Numbered from the stretch's first letter, positions 39,632 through 49,484 are shown. The stretch is 62,309 bases of DNA from Gemmatimonadota bacterium (GCA_003697105.1 RFFQ01000131.1:1-62309), one strand, 5' to 3'. Translations and numbers: made by a program. The notes: generated from the letters alone by a model not told the origin.

Positions 39632-40387
39632 ATGGATGTTGTTGCAATTATTCCTGCTCGGTATGCTTCCACCCGATTTCCGGGCAAGCCCTTAGTGGAA
39701 ATTGCGGGTAAACCGATGATCCAGCATGTGGTAGAGCGTACCCAAGCGTGCCCGTTGATTGAACACGTGATTGTTGCCACGGATGATACCCGAATTGAAT
39801 CGGCGGTGCGTCAATTTGGTGGAGAGGTGATCCGTACCCGTGCCGATCACCCCTCCGGCACGGATCGGGTGGCTGAAGTGGCGGAAAACTGTGAGGCAGA
39901 CATCATCGTTAATGTACAAGGCGATGAGCCGCTGATCGACCCGCAGGCGTTGGAAGCGGCGATTCAGCCGTTGATCGATCATCTACAGGTGATGATGTCC
40001 ACGTTGGCAAGCCCGATTCGTACCGAAACCGAATTGCATAATCCAAATATTGTTAAAGTGGTGCTGGACATCAATCAGTTTGCCTTGTATTTTTCGCGGG
40101 CGCCAGTTCCCTACCCGCGTGATGGTTTTGCACCGGAACTGCAATCGTTTTACCGGCATATCGGGGTTTATGTGTACCGGCGTAAGTTTCTGTTAAATCT
40201 GACAAAATTCAACCCAACACCTCTTGAACAGACCGAAAAACTGGAACAATTGCGGGTGTTGGAAAACGGACACCAGATAAAGGTTGTTTTGACGGATTAT
40301 GTGTCGATTGGTGTGGATACTCCTGAGGATTTAGCCCTAATTCACGCCCGGCTGGCTGGATGTGGAATAAATACCAGCGATAAGTAG
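39632..40387 (+). CDS. kdsB: 3-deoxy-manno-octulosonate cytidylyltransferase
   Basis: IIPARYASTRFPGKPL, SGTDR, NVQGDEP, ALYFSR, HIGVY and LEQLR. Confidence 0.96.
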   Translation: MDVVAIIPARYASTRFPGKPLVEIAGKPMIQHVVERTQACPLIEHVIVATDDTRIESAVRQFGGEVIRTRADHPSGTDRVAEVAENCEADIIVNVQGDEPLIDPQALEAAIQPLIDHLQVMMSTLASPIRTETELHNPNIVKVVLDINQFALYFSRAPVPYPRDGFAPELQSFYRHIGVYVYRRKFLLNLTKFNPTPLEQTEKLEQLRVLENGHQIKVVLTDYVSIGVDTPEDLALIHARLAGCGINTSDK

Positions 40388-40395
40388 CACTCACC

Positions 40396-40478
40396 AACTC
40401 ATAAAACTCAACGAACTCATAAACTCCCAAACTCATAAAACTCAACGAACTCATAAACTCCCAAACTCATAAACTCTC
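40396..40478. repeat. Intergenic tandem repeat, 34-bp period (~2.5 copies) built from AACTC submotifs
   Basis: AACTCATAAAACTCAACGAACTCATAAACTCCCA at 40396 and 40430, with a partial copy at 40464. Confidence 0.85.
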
Positions 40479-40479
40479 C

Positions 40480-41265
40480 ATGCCCTTGATTACACTTACG
40501 ACGGATTTTGGTACACAAGATGCCTATGTTGCTTGCATGAAAGGGGTTATTTATGGCATCCAACCCCAAGCAATGATTGTGGACATCACTCACGAGATTC
40601 GTCCGCAGCACATCCGGGATGCTGCGTTTGTGCTGGTCACCGCAGTTGATTATTTCCCGGCAGGGACGGTGCATGTGGTTGTGGTGGACCCCGGAGTCGG
40701 ATCCGCACGACGGGCAATTATTGCCCAGACAGGCGACGCCTATTTTGTCGCACCGGATAACGGGGTGCTCTCGTTGGTGTTGCAATCTGCACCGGATGCT
40801 CTCCTCTATGAAATTACGAACCCTGCGTATCAATTGCCTCATATCAGCAACACCTTCCACGGACGGGATATTTTTGCGCCGGTGGGAGCGCATCTGGCAT
40901 CGGGAGTTTCTCCTGACATTATTGGCGAACCTATTGATGACCTTGTAACCTTTTTGCCACATTTGCCCCAGTATCAGGGTAATCAGCTCATTGGGGAAAT
41001 CATTTATATTGATCATTTTGGGAATTGTATCAGCAACATTCAAGCGGATCAGCTCGATCCGGATCCGTGTTATCGGGTTATTATTGACGGGCAACTTCTT
41101 GAATTATATGATACTTATGCCGCCGTGAACTCTTTGCAACCGTTAGCGTTGATCGGTAGTAGCGGGTATCTGGAGATCGCGGTGCGAGATGGCAATGCCA
41201 GTAAAATATTATCTTTATCACTTGGCGCAAAAGTTGCCCTGAAGCCGGTCAACTGCACATCATAA
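40480..41265 (+). CDS. SAM hydroxide adenosyltransferase (DUF62, chlorinase/fluorinase superfamily)
   Basis: LTTDFG, VVDPGVGS.R, APDNG, SNTFHGRDIFAP and IDHFGN. Confidence 0.9.
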   Translation: MPLITLTTDFGTQDAYVACMKGVIYGIQPQAMIVDITHEIRPQHIRDAAFVLVTAVDYFPAGTVHVVVVDPGVGSARRAIIAQTGDAYFVAPDNGVLSLVLQSAPDALLYEITNPAYQLPHISNTFHGRDIFAPVGAHLASGVSPDIIGEPIDDLVTFLPHLPQYQGNQLIGEIIYIDHFGNCISNIQADQLDPDPCYRVIIDGQLLELYDTYAAVNSLQPLALIGSSGYLEIAVRDGNASKILSLSLGAKVALKPVNCTS

Positions 41266-41291
41266 ACCGATTTTTTGGAGCGTATTTGGGG

Positions 41292-42737
41292 ATGAAATAT
41301 CATCATGTTTTCGGATTTTTAGCCGGGTTTGTTTTTAGCTTAATCCTGTTCACCGGTTGTGACGATAACGTGCCTTCCACGGGTTTGCCCAGCAACAACG
41401 CCACCGGCGATCCGGTTGTCGGGTGGGAGTTGTATTCTGGACAACGGGCAATTACGAACCCGGCGGCGCCTTATGCCTGCATCACGTGTCACGGTGGGGA
41501 TACCTTACAAGTCTTGCCACCGGCACATTCGCTGAAAAATGTACGAAATCGGGGTATCTGGTGGGTCGGCTTGGACTCCGCAAGTGTGGTATTTTCGCTG
41601 CGGGAAGCCGTCAATGTCTGTTTGACTAATTGGATGCAGAGTGACCCGCTTCAAGCAGAGCAAGAGACGTGGGAGCATCTGGATGCGTATCTGGACTCGA
41701 TCTCCACCGGCACCGGTGGATTTATCATCCATATTGATACGGATTCCATGAATATCGATCCCATTATCGCCGATCCCCATGACGGCGATTTGGCATACCG
41801 CGAAGCGTGTGAGCCGTGTCATGGGGATGTCATCACCGGTAATGGGGGTTATCTTCCGGCACCGCTAACACTAGAGGATTGGCTCCGGCGTGACCTGCTT
41901 ACCGTCGTTCGTACCAGTGGATTGCCCGTAGAATTTGGACGCAGCGAACCCGTTTCTATGCTGAAAATGCCATTCATTGCTAGTAGCCGTCTCTCCAATG
42001 AAACAGTCAATACCATCCAAAGCTATGTGGCGGATACCCTTTACCGGTATGACCCTGACCATTATGAAACGTTGATCATGGAAAATCCGGCAGTGGGTAA
42101 TACCGATCCTCAGACCACCCACAATTATGCCTGTGCTACCTGTCATGATCTAGAACCGCCTCCCAGCCGCGAAGACCCCACCCGGTTCATTTACCCCGGA
42201 GGCAATCTGCATAACGTGGCGGATAGCTCCGGCTGGTGGGTCTCCAATTTGTGGGATTTTGATCAAACTACCTTAAAAGGCGCAATCAATCTCTGTGTAG
42301 AAAAGTGGATGGCGGGCGATCCACTACCCAATTATAAAGCTTATGAAACCTATCTGAGGCATCTGACCAGTGATCTGGAAGCGTCGAATCCCTCCCCAAG
42401 TGAACGCTACTTGACTACGTTTACGGGTGCGGATGCGACCAATGGACGCCATATTTATGATCGATCGTGTGTGGGATGCCACGGAAGTGCGGAAGGGGAC
42501 GCGATCCCGCCGTTACCAAATATACCAACGGCGCTTTTCACCGATTATAACACAATAGAAGCGTATCCGGCACTGGTACAATGGGTGCGTTATGCCGGAA
42601 CGGGTTTAAGTGAGATGGCGGCGGTAAACCAAGCTGACATGCCCTACTATGGCGTACAAGTTCTCCGGGATGACGACTTGCGAGACCTAATTTATTATCT
42701 GGTACATGTCGTGAATGGGGGTCCCGAGCCGGAATAA
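41292..42737 (+). CDS. Tetraheme c-type cytochrome lipoprotein
   Basis: Lipobox LFTGC and four CxxCH motifs: CITCH, CEPCH, CATCH, CVGCH. Confidence 0.85.
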   Translation: MKYHHVFGFLAGFVFSLILFTGCDDNVPSTGLPSNNATGDPVVGWELYSGQRAITNPAAPYACITCHGGDTLQVLPPAHSLKNVRNRGIWWVGLDSASVVFSLREAVNVCLTNWMQSDPLQAEQETWEHLDAYLDSISTGTGGFIIHIDTDSMNIDPIIADPHDGDLAYREACEPCHGDVITGNGGYLPAPLTLEDWLRRDLLTVVRTSGLPVEFGRSEPVSMLKMPFIASSRLSNETVNTIQSYVADTLYRYDPDHYETLIMENPAVGNTDPQTTHNYACATCHDLEPPPSREDPTRFIYPGGNLHNVADSSGWWVSNLWDFDQTTLKGAINLCVEKWMAGDPLPNYKAYETYLRHLTSDLEASNPSPSERYLTTFTGADATNGRHIYDRSCVGCHGSAEGDAIPPLPNIPTALFTDYNTIEAYPALVQWVRYAGTGLSEMAAVNQADMPYYGVQVLRDDDLRDLIYYLVHVVNGGPEPE

Positions 42738-42759
42738 AACACGGAAGATCAAAACCAAT

Positions 42760-42788
42760 AAAAAGGGAGCCTTTTGGCTCCCTTTTTT
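42760..42788. terminator. Bidirectional intrinsic terminator
   Basis: AAAAAGGGAGCC-TTTT-GGCTCCCTTTTTT. Confidence 0.85.
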
Positions 42789-42808
42789 AGTCTGCCTGCC
42801 GTTCATGC

Positions 42809-43792
42809 TCACGGCACCACCACCGCAGACCCCTCAAAATGACCCTGCCGTAAATCTTCCAGAGCTTTGCCCGTTTGATTCAGCGGGTAGGTGGTCACAT
42901 TGGTCTGTACGGGGACTTGAGGGGCAAGTTGTAAAAATTCCACTCCATCTTGACGGGTGAGATTTGCCACAGACCGGATGGAGCGCTCCTGCCACAACAT
43001 TTCATAAGGGAACGCCGGAATGTCGCTCATGTGGATGCCGGCACACACCACAACGCCGCCCGGTTTGATCGCCTGCAACGCTAATGGGACCAAATGACCC
43101 GCTGGGGCGAAGATGATTGCTGCGTCGAGGGAGACCGGGGGTGTCTCATCGGTACCGCCAGCCCACACGGCGCCTAAGGAGCGGGCAAATTTCTGGGATT
43201 TCCGGTCACCGGGACGGGTAAACGCCAACACGTCTTTCCCCTGATATACCGCAATTTGGCATAAAATGTGAGCGGCTGAACCAAAGCCATAAAACCCCAA
43301 TACCTCTGCCGTGCCCGTAAAGCGGTATGCCCGGTACCCGATCAATCCGGCGCAAAGTAGAGGCGCGGCTTGAACATCCGGGTAACCCTCTGGAATGGGA
43401 AAACAAAACTGCTCGTTCGCAGTAGTGTATTCGGCGAATCCCCCCGGCCGGGTATATCCGGTAAAAACCGCATCTTCACATAAATTTTCTTGTCCCCTAC
43501 GGCAAAACGGACAAGTATTACACGTTTTACCCAACCACGGTACCCCAACCCGATCCCCGGGAGAAAATCGGGTGACCGCCCTGCCGGTTTTTTCAACAAT
43601 ACCCACAATCTGGTGTCCTAAAACGAGGGGTAATTTTGGTTGGGTGAGTTCACCATCTAAAATGTGCAAATCTGTACGGCAAATTCCGCACGCCCGCACT
43701 TTTAGTAAAACTTCATTTTCAGCCGGTTCGGGGATTGGTATCTCCTCTAGTTGGAGGGGTTGACCAGCGCCGCGCAAAATTATGGCGTTCAT
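42809..43792 (-). CDS. Zinc-dependent alcohol dehydrogenase (AdhP-like)
   Basis: CGICRTDLH, GHQIVG, C..C.FC..G.ENLC, APLLCAG and GFYGFG. Start at ATG 43792. Confidence 0.92.
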   Translation of the reverse strand: MNAIILRGAGQPLQLEEIPIPEPAENEVLLKVRACGICRTDLHILDGELTQPKLPLVLGHQIVGIVEKTGRAVTRFSPGDRVGVPWLGKTCNTCPFCRRGQENLCEDAVFTGYTRPGGFAEYTTANEQFCFPIPEGYPDVQAAPLLCAGLIGYRAYRFTGTAEVLGFYGFGSAAHILCQIAVYQGKDVLAFTRPGDRKSQKFARSLGAVWAGGTDETPPVSLDAAIIFAPAGHLVPLALQAIKPGGVVVCAGIHMSDIPAFPYEMLWQERSIRSVANLTRQDGVEFLQLAPQVPVQTNVTTYPLNQTGKALEDLRQGHFEGSAVVVP

Positions 43793-43885
43793 GTGAAAAA
43801 ATCCTTGCTTAGGGGTGGGGGATGCTATATACAAAGAACAGCTTTGTTTGTATTGTACCGCAACCCAGTTCATTTGTCAACGTCC

Positions 43886-46198
43886 ATGAAAATCTTGTCC
43901 TCAATTCTGATCAGTGCCGTCTTGATCCATGCCGCGCTGACGCTTTACTATAGTTATCGTCATCCCCGCTTTGACCCCAATGATGCAACCGGCTTATTTT
44001 GGGCAGAATCTGCCTTGCAATACCATTATGCCCATCAAATTGCACAAGGACACGACCTCCCTGCCATCGACAAACGGGCGCAATATCCGGAAGGTTTAAA
44101 TCTACAACAGGATTTGACCATTTTCATGGAATATGTGATCGGGTATGCCTACCGGCTTATTGGCTTCGGTGTACCGTTTCATGTATTTGCGGTCTGGTGG
44201 ATGGCGTTTTTCGCTGCCCTTAACGTCGGGGTATTGGGGTTGTTGGTTTACCATCTAACAGGGAATCGATTGGCAACGGCGGTGGCAGTCTGGTTTTATG
44301 CGCTGAGTCCGGTGGCGTTTGCCCGAACCGTGGGGAATTTTTTGCGGGAAGATTTTGCTCTGCTCTTTTTCTTTGGGGGCGTTTTACTGTTGATGTTGGC
44401 ATTATCCTCTTCCCCTCACCAACGACGGTATGCTGCCGGTGCGGGGGTAAGTTTTTTTATCTTGTTGAGTGCCTGGCATTTTGGACAGTTTGCCTTTTTG
44501 ACCGTCATTGCCGGATTGGCGGGGTTACATTTGCTCAAACCGGGAGCATTACGCCTTTCCACCTTCCTCTGGATTTACGGATTCGCGCTTGCCGCTGGGC
44601 TCTTGATGCCTCCGCTGCGTGCCCGGTGGTTTGCGCTCTCCCTACCAATGGTGATCAGCTTGTCCCTGATCGGGACGTTGATCGCTCACGAAAAGAATCT
44701 AATGAGCCGCCGCCGTTGGACGATCCTTTTTCCCTTTGATTTAGCATTTTGGTTACTCGTCGCCAGTTTCTTTCGTAAAACGGAAGATTATGCCCATGTC
44801 ACGCAATTGGCATGGAACAAACTTCGCTTTTTCCTGCAGAAACCCGCCGATCCTTCCCTGTTGCCCTATCACGCCCGCATTCTCTGGTTGGAGCCCTTCA
44901 ACAGCCCTGTCGTTGGGGAAGCCCTGTACCAGTTCGGGCTGGTGCTCCCCCTGACACTTATGGCGTTGGTTCTGCTGATTCGCAACTGGCGTAACCTACC
45001 CACCTCCCAGCAGGGCATGATTTATTTGAGCCTGATTTATCTTGTCGCCGCGATTTTGATCGAACGGATGAATGTCTTTGCGATTTTCTTTTTCTGTGGG
45101 GGGATCGGCTTAATAGTGTCCCAGATGGGATATACCAAGCGATGGCAACCGGTATTATGGGGTGTCCTGATCTTCGCTTTGGGCTTTCAAAGCTGGGTCG
45201 CGCTGAATTATGACCGTCCGAATCCATTCCGAAACTGGACGACAACGCTAACTCCTCCTCGATTAGAAATCCCCAATTATCAGGCGGATACCCGCGATAT
45301 GCTCCGTTGGATTCGCACGGAAACTCCGCAAACCTCCGTTTTTTTGAGCCGGTTTGCGGTGGGACCCTCGATCTATGTGTACGGTAACCGGGCGATCAAT
45401 TTGCAACCCAAATTTGAGTCCGTCGGCATTCGGGAGAAGGTGCGCCGGTTTACAGAAGCGTTGTACCAGTCGGAAGCCGATTTTTACGCACTTTGCCAAG
45501 CATGGGGCACAACACATTTTATTTATGAAGCCGCTTTTACCTTGGATCGTTCGCCGGAATCGGTGCGTTATCTAGCAGACCGGCTTGATCTGCCCCTCGA
45601 TTCGTTTGCATTTCAATGCCATTTTGCGGATCAAACCTTGACTTACTTTACCCCGGTTTATCAAAACTTTTATTTTAAGATTTTTGCGGTGTCGCCTCCG
45701 GATTCCATTGGCTCACCGCCGTTATTAACGCAACCGCTGTTCGACCCAAACCTATTTCAAATTGATTGGAACCGCCCGTTTTTTGATGATAGTCTCACCG
45801 ATGATGTGATTTTTCGGATTCACCAAGCGACCGCGCACAACAATCGGGGTATGCAGTTCCGCCAACAAGGGCATTATCAGCAAGCACTTCAGGAGTTTCA
45901 AACGGCGATTCAAACACTGCCCACCTTGCCGGCGCCTTATTTTAATCTGATCCAGTTGTTTGCCGAACACCGCCAGACCAACCAGATTCCGCTGGTGTAC
46001 CAGCGATTGATCCGGGGGCATCCTGATTTTGTCCCATTTCGCATTGAATTGGGGCAGTTTTGGCTACAACAGCAACAGTGGGAACAGGCGTTACAGGCAT
46101 TTCAGGTGGCGCAGGCGCTTGATCCTCAAAATCCGTATGTTCAACGTCAGTTACGCTATATTGAAGCCCAACGGAAGGGGAGGTCTTCCGCCGATTAG
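43886..46198 (+). CDS. GT-C fold glycosyltransferase, DPY19/STT3-like, with C-terminal TPRs
   Basis: Many TM helices, ESALQYHY, D..AQYPEG.N, LREDFAL.F, WHFGQF, LRWI...TP..SVF and R.I..QPKFE...IR, followed by TPRs. Start chosen at ATG 43886. Confidence 0.75.
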   Translation: MKILSSILISAVLIHAALTLYYSYRHPRFDPNDATGLFWAESALQYHYAHQIAQGHDLPAIDKRAQYPEGLNLQQDLTIFMEYVIGYAYRLIGFGVPFHVFAVWWMAFFAALNVGVLGLLVYHLTGNRLATAVAVWFYALSPVAFARTVGNFLREDFALLFFFGGVLLLMLALSSSPHQRRYAAGAGVSFFILLSAWHFGQFAFLTVIAGLAGLHLLKPGALRLSTFLWIYGFALAAGLLMPPLRARWFALSLPMVISLSLIGTLIAHEKNLMSRRRWTILFPFDLAFWLLVASFFRKTEDYAHVTQLAWNKLRFFLQKPADPSLLPYHARILWLEPFNSPVVGEALYQFGLVLPLTLMALVLLIRNWRNLPTSQQGMIYLSLIYLVAAILIERMNVFAIFFFCGGIGLIVSQMGYTKRWQPVLWGVLIFALGFQSWVALNYDRPNPFRNWTTTLTPPRLEIPNYQADTRDMLRWIRTETPQTSVFLSRFAVGPSIYVYGNRAINLQPKFESVGIREKVRRFTEALYQSEADFYALCQAWGTTHFIYEAAFTLDRSPESVRYLADRLDLPLDSFAFQCHFADQTLTYFTPVYQNFYFKIFAVSPPDSIGSPPLLTQPLFDPNLFQIDWNRPFFDDSLTDDVIFRIHQATAHNNRGMQFRQQGHYQQALQEFQTAIQTLPTLPAPYFNLIQLFAEHRQTNQIPLVYQRLIRGHPDFVPFRIELGQFWLQQQQWEQALQAFQVAQALDPQNPYVQRQLRYIEAQRKGRSSAD

Positions 46199-46288
46199 AA
46201 TTTTCTTGAAATTTCATCAGGGATCGTGTATAGTTTCAAAAGCATTCCAAATCTGTCCTCCTCTTTACTTTCATGAATTTATAATGTG

Positions 46289-47086
46289 ATGGTCCGACGA
46301 AAAATTAGAATTCAATCCTATTTAAAGATGAAAAAACGCGGTGAAAAGATCAGTATGCTGACGGCATACGATTATCAAACCGCATTACTGCTGGATGCGG
46401 CGGAAATTGATGGTATTCTTATCGGTGATTCTGTCGCCAACGTAGTTTGTGGGGAGAGTACCACCCTGACCGCCACGCTGGATCAGATGATTTATCATGC
46501 CACCGCCGTCTGTAAGGCGGTGAAGTATGCCTTGACCGTCATTGATATGCCGTTTATGTCGTATCAAGTGAGTGTGGAAGAGGCGGTGCGAAATTGCGGG
46601 CGAGCATTGAAGGAAAGTGGGGTAGAGGCGGTCAAAATTGAGGGACCTCGTCCAGAGACTGTTGCCGCTATCACCCAAGCCGGGATTCCAGTCATGGGGC
46701 ATTTGGGGTTTGTGGCACAATCGATTCACCAACTCAGTGGGCCAAAAGTGCAAGCCAAATCGGAAGCGGCAGGTGAACGTCTATTGCAAGATGCCCGTGA
46801 TCTGGAAGCCGCCGGCTGTTTTGCGATTGTGTTGGAAATGGTGCCGGCAAACGTCGCCCGGCATGTCAGTGAAAACTTAACGATCCCGACGATTGGCATC
46901 GGTGCGGGCGTCCATTGCGACGGGCAAATTTTGGTTATTAATGATATTCTGGGGATGTTTGAACAGTTCCAGCCCAAATTTGTCAAACCGTATGCCGACG
47001 TGGGACGGATCGTCCGCGAAGCATGTGCGGCGTATCGTGCGGAGGTTAAAGCGCAATCCTTCCCGACGGATGATCATGCATGGTGA
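46289..47086 (+). CDS. panB: 3-methyl-2-oxobutanoate hydroxymethyltransferase
   Basis: MLTAYD, ILIGDS, DMPFMSY, VKIEG, GHLG and IGIGAG..CDGQILV. Confidence 0.96.
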   Translation: MVRRKIRIQSYLKMKKRGEKISMLTAYDYQTALLLDAAEIDGILIGDSVANVVCGESTTLTATLDQMIYHATAVCKAVKYALTVIDMPFMSYQVSVEEAVRNCGRALKESGVEAVKIEGPRPETVAAITQAGIPVMGHLGFVAQSIHQLSGPKVQAKSEAAGERLLQDARDLEAAGCFAIVLEMVPANVARHVSENLTIPTIGIGAGVHCDGQILVINDILGMFEQFQPKFVKPYADVGRIVREACAAYRAEVKAQSFPTDDHAW

Positions 47087-47092
47087 TATGCT

Positions 47093-47530
47093 ATGTCTGT
47101 TTGGCTCAATAATGCAAAACAAATTCGATTTCCGACACAACTCAAGTACACCAAAACCGCACGGGAGTTTATTCAGGAGGTCATGGTTGAGGTTGGCGTT
47201 CCGCAATCCCTCCATTTGAAAATCATGCTGGCGGTAGATGAAGCCGTGGGGAATGCCATCAATCATGGGGGCAGTAACACTGGTGATACCGAGATCATTT
47301 TAACCTGCCGGATGCGTGGCACGGTGCTCGAAATTTTAGTTGAAGACTTTGGTGGAAAGCCCTTTGACCCCACCTATTTTGAGCGGATTGCAAAAGCAAA
47401 AACATGGGGTAAAGGCGGGCGAGGTATCCTGCTAATCAACCGTATCATGGATGAAGTCATGTATATTTTTGAAGAAGGAAAAAGCACCTTGGTTTATATG
47501 GCAAAAGACATCACACGTGAGGTCAAATGA
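47093..47530 (+). CDS. RsbW-like anti-sigma factor / Ser-Thr kinase (HATPase_c_2)
   Basis: LAVDEAVGNAINHG, VEDFG..FDP and GGRGILLI..IMDEV. Confidence 0.85.
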   Translation: MSVWLNNAKQIRFPTQLKYTKTAREFIQEVMVEVGVPQSLHLKIMLAVDEAVGNAINHGGSNTGDTEIILTCRMRGTVLEILVEDFGGKPFDPTYFERIAKAKTWGKGGRGILLINRIMDEVMYIFEEGKSTLVYMAKDITREVK

Positions 47531-48369
47531 GGCAATTTTATCTCGTCAGTATTATCATGGGGGGGATGGTGCCCGGTATTGGGACTACGGCGCCGTTTGG
47601 GGGTACGGCATCCGGTTCTACGGTGGTTGTGCAGACCGTGACGGCACTTTTTCTATTTTTTGTTGCCTTTGTGTTAAACGGATTGTTGCGCATTACCTTA
47701 GACCGGCTCGTTCAACGGAAATTTGTAACGGCGGATTCCGTATTTGTTCGATACCCGTTATTGCAGGCGGTGCTGTGGGGGGTTGTGCTCACGTTGGTCT
47801 TTTTTTATATTTTACCGCTCCATTGGGAAATCGGTTTGGGGCTGGTTCTGGTTATCGGGCTTGGTGTTGGTTTTGCGTCAAAACAGATGTTTCAGAATGT
47901 TCTCAGCGGGCTTATAATTTTGATGGAACAGACCTTTCAAGCTGGGGACAGCATCCAATTTCAGGATATTTCCGGGAAGGTTATCCGCGTGGGGTTACAT
48001 TCCACCCGGCTTCAAACTGGAGAGGCATTAACGGTCTCCATCCCCAATTCTCGCTTATTGCAATATCCGATTTACCATCGCACGTTGAAAGGAGATCCAA
48101 AAACGACGGCGGTACTCACCACCGTGTTTCCGCCACCGGCGGTTGATCTGGAAACCTACCAGCAGATTGCCTATGAAGCCGCGCTGACCTCCCGTTATGT
48201 CGATTCGACCGAACCCGTACACGTTTATGTGGGATATTCATCTTCAGGCTCCGCATCTCTACAAGTGACGATTCGGGCTGCTGTAATCAATAGTCTGCAC
48301 GTTCTGGCATTTCAAACAGATGTATTACGGCGTATTCAGTTGGCATTAATGGCGAATCCAACGGGTTAA
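47527..48369 (+). CDS. MscS family mechanosensitive channel
   Basis: GLGVGFA...FQN.LSG..I...F..GD.I....G.V...GL.ST...IPNS. Confidence 0.85.
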   Translation: MRQFYLVSIIMGGMVPGIGTTAPFGGTASGSTVVVQTVTALFLFFVAFVLNGLLRITLDRLVQRKFVTADSVFVRYPLLQAVLWGVVLTLVFFYILPLHWEIGLGLVLVIGLGVGFASKQMFQNVLSGLIILMEQTFQAGDSIQFQDISGKVIRVGLHSTRLQTGEALTVSIPNSRLLQYPIYHRTLKGDPKTTAVLTTVFPPPAVDLETYQQIAYEAALTSRYVDSTEPVHVYVGYSSSGSASLQVTIRAAVINSLHVLAFQTDVLRRIQLALMANPTG

Positions 48370-48544
48370 AGCCGGGATTTTTCCTAAAACCGTCTGACTC
48401 TGGTTTGGATTCCGCTCACGAAGGCACACAAGCCGTCAACGAGCATCAACACAACTTATATTCTTTCCGTTATGATCCCCTTCGTGGGAGGCATTAAACC
48501 ATGTCTCTACTTTTCATATCGCTTTAGGCGAAGGACGTTTTATC

Positions 48545-48910
48545 ATGGCAAACCAAAATATTTCGGAACGGCGAAGGTTCCCTCGTTTAAACTCGCTGAA
48601 TTTGGTCTCTTATAAAGTCTATCCGGCGGAAGAAGCGGTTGCCGCCAGTGAAGGTGTGGCTCGCACGCTGGATATGAGTGCGGGTGGTGTCATGATTCAG
48701 ATTAATGAATCGGTCGATGCGCAAGCCATTTTAGATTTGATGATTGCCATTGGTGACGACATTATCCAAGCAAAGGGATTAGTTGTTCATGTGGACCAGA
48801 TTAAATCCGACGTGTACGATCTGGGTATTCAATTTATTGATATTTATCCGGATCAATTAGAGCTATTGATGCGATATATTGAGAAACGTGACCCGAATTC
48901 ATCCGGCTAG
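48545..48910 (+). CDS. PilZ domain (c-di-GMP-binding) protein
   Basis: ERRRFPR (RxxxR) and DMSAGG (DxSxxG). Confidence 0.85.
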   Translation: MANQNISERRRFPRLNSLNLVSYKVYPAEEAVAASEGVARTLDMSAGGVMIQINESVDAQAILDLMIAIGDDIIQAKGLVVHVDQIKSDVYDLGIQFIDIYPDQLELLMRYIEKRDPNSSG

Positions 48911-48948
48911 ATGGGGGTTTTGTAAGGACATTATCCTTTGATTTTATA

Positions 48949-48977
48949 TTGACAATTGATAGGGATTAGTGTAGTTT
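48949..48977 (+). promoter_or_regulatory. Candidate sigma-70 promoter for the che genes
   Basis: TTGACA-N17-TAGTTT just upstream of cheW. Confidence 0.45.
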
Positions 48978-48989
48978 CGCGAGGAATCT

Positions 48990-49454
48990 ATGCGATCAAG
49001 CACCGTTGAGCAAGCACAACAGCGCGACGTTAACGCCAGTCGTTATATTTCGTTTTTGCTGGATAATCAAGAGTTTGGCATACCGATCACACGCGTTCGG
49101 GAAATCAAAGAATTGGTACCGGTGGTTCGGGTGCCTAATGCCCCGCCGTATATAACCGGGGTGATTAACCTCCGAGGCACGATTGTTCCCATTTTGGATC
49201 TGCGCACGCGGTTGGGATTACCGCAGGTTCCCTCCTCACGGGATACCGGTATTATTATTGTTAATGTCGAAAACCGGTTGTGCGGTTTAGTTGTGGACCG
49301 GGTGGAAGATGTGAAAACCATTCGTTCCAGTGATATTGATAAAACACCAGAATTTGTTCTGGAAAAATTAGATGTTTCTTTTATTGATGGTGTAGCACGT
49401 ATAGGTGATATGCTATTGGTATTATTAGATATAGACGCTGTTTTTTCTAAGTAA
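48990..49454 (+). CDS. cheW: Chemotaxis adaptor CheW
   Basis: VPNAP.YI.GVINLRG.IVPILDLR and GLVVD.V. Confidence 0.95.
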   Translation: MRSSTVEQAQQRDVNASRYISFLLDNQEFGIPITRVREIKELVPVVRVPNAPPYITGVINLRGTIVPILDLRTRLGLPQVPSSRDTGIIIVNVENRLCGLVVDRVEDVKTIRSSDIDKTPEFVLEKLDVSFIDGVARIGDMLLVLLDIDAVFSK

Positions 49455-49484
49455 CTCAGTCTTTAAGAAGGCAGGAGGATTCGA

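Noticed and set aside
40480-41265. Fluorinase or chlorinase
   Set aside because: The TFHGRD motif is that of the common DUF62 SAM hydrolases, and there is no halometabolite cluster.
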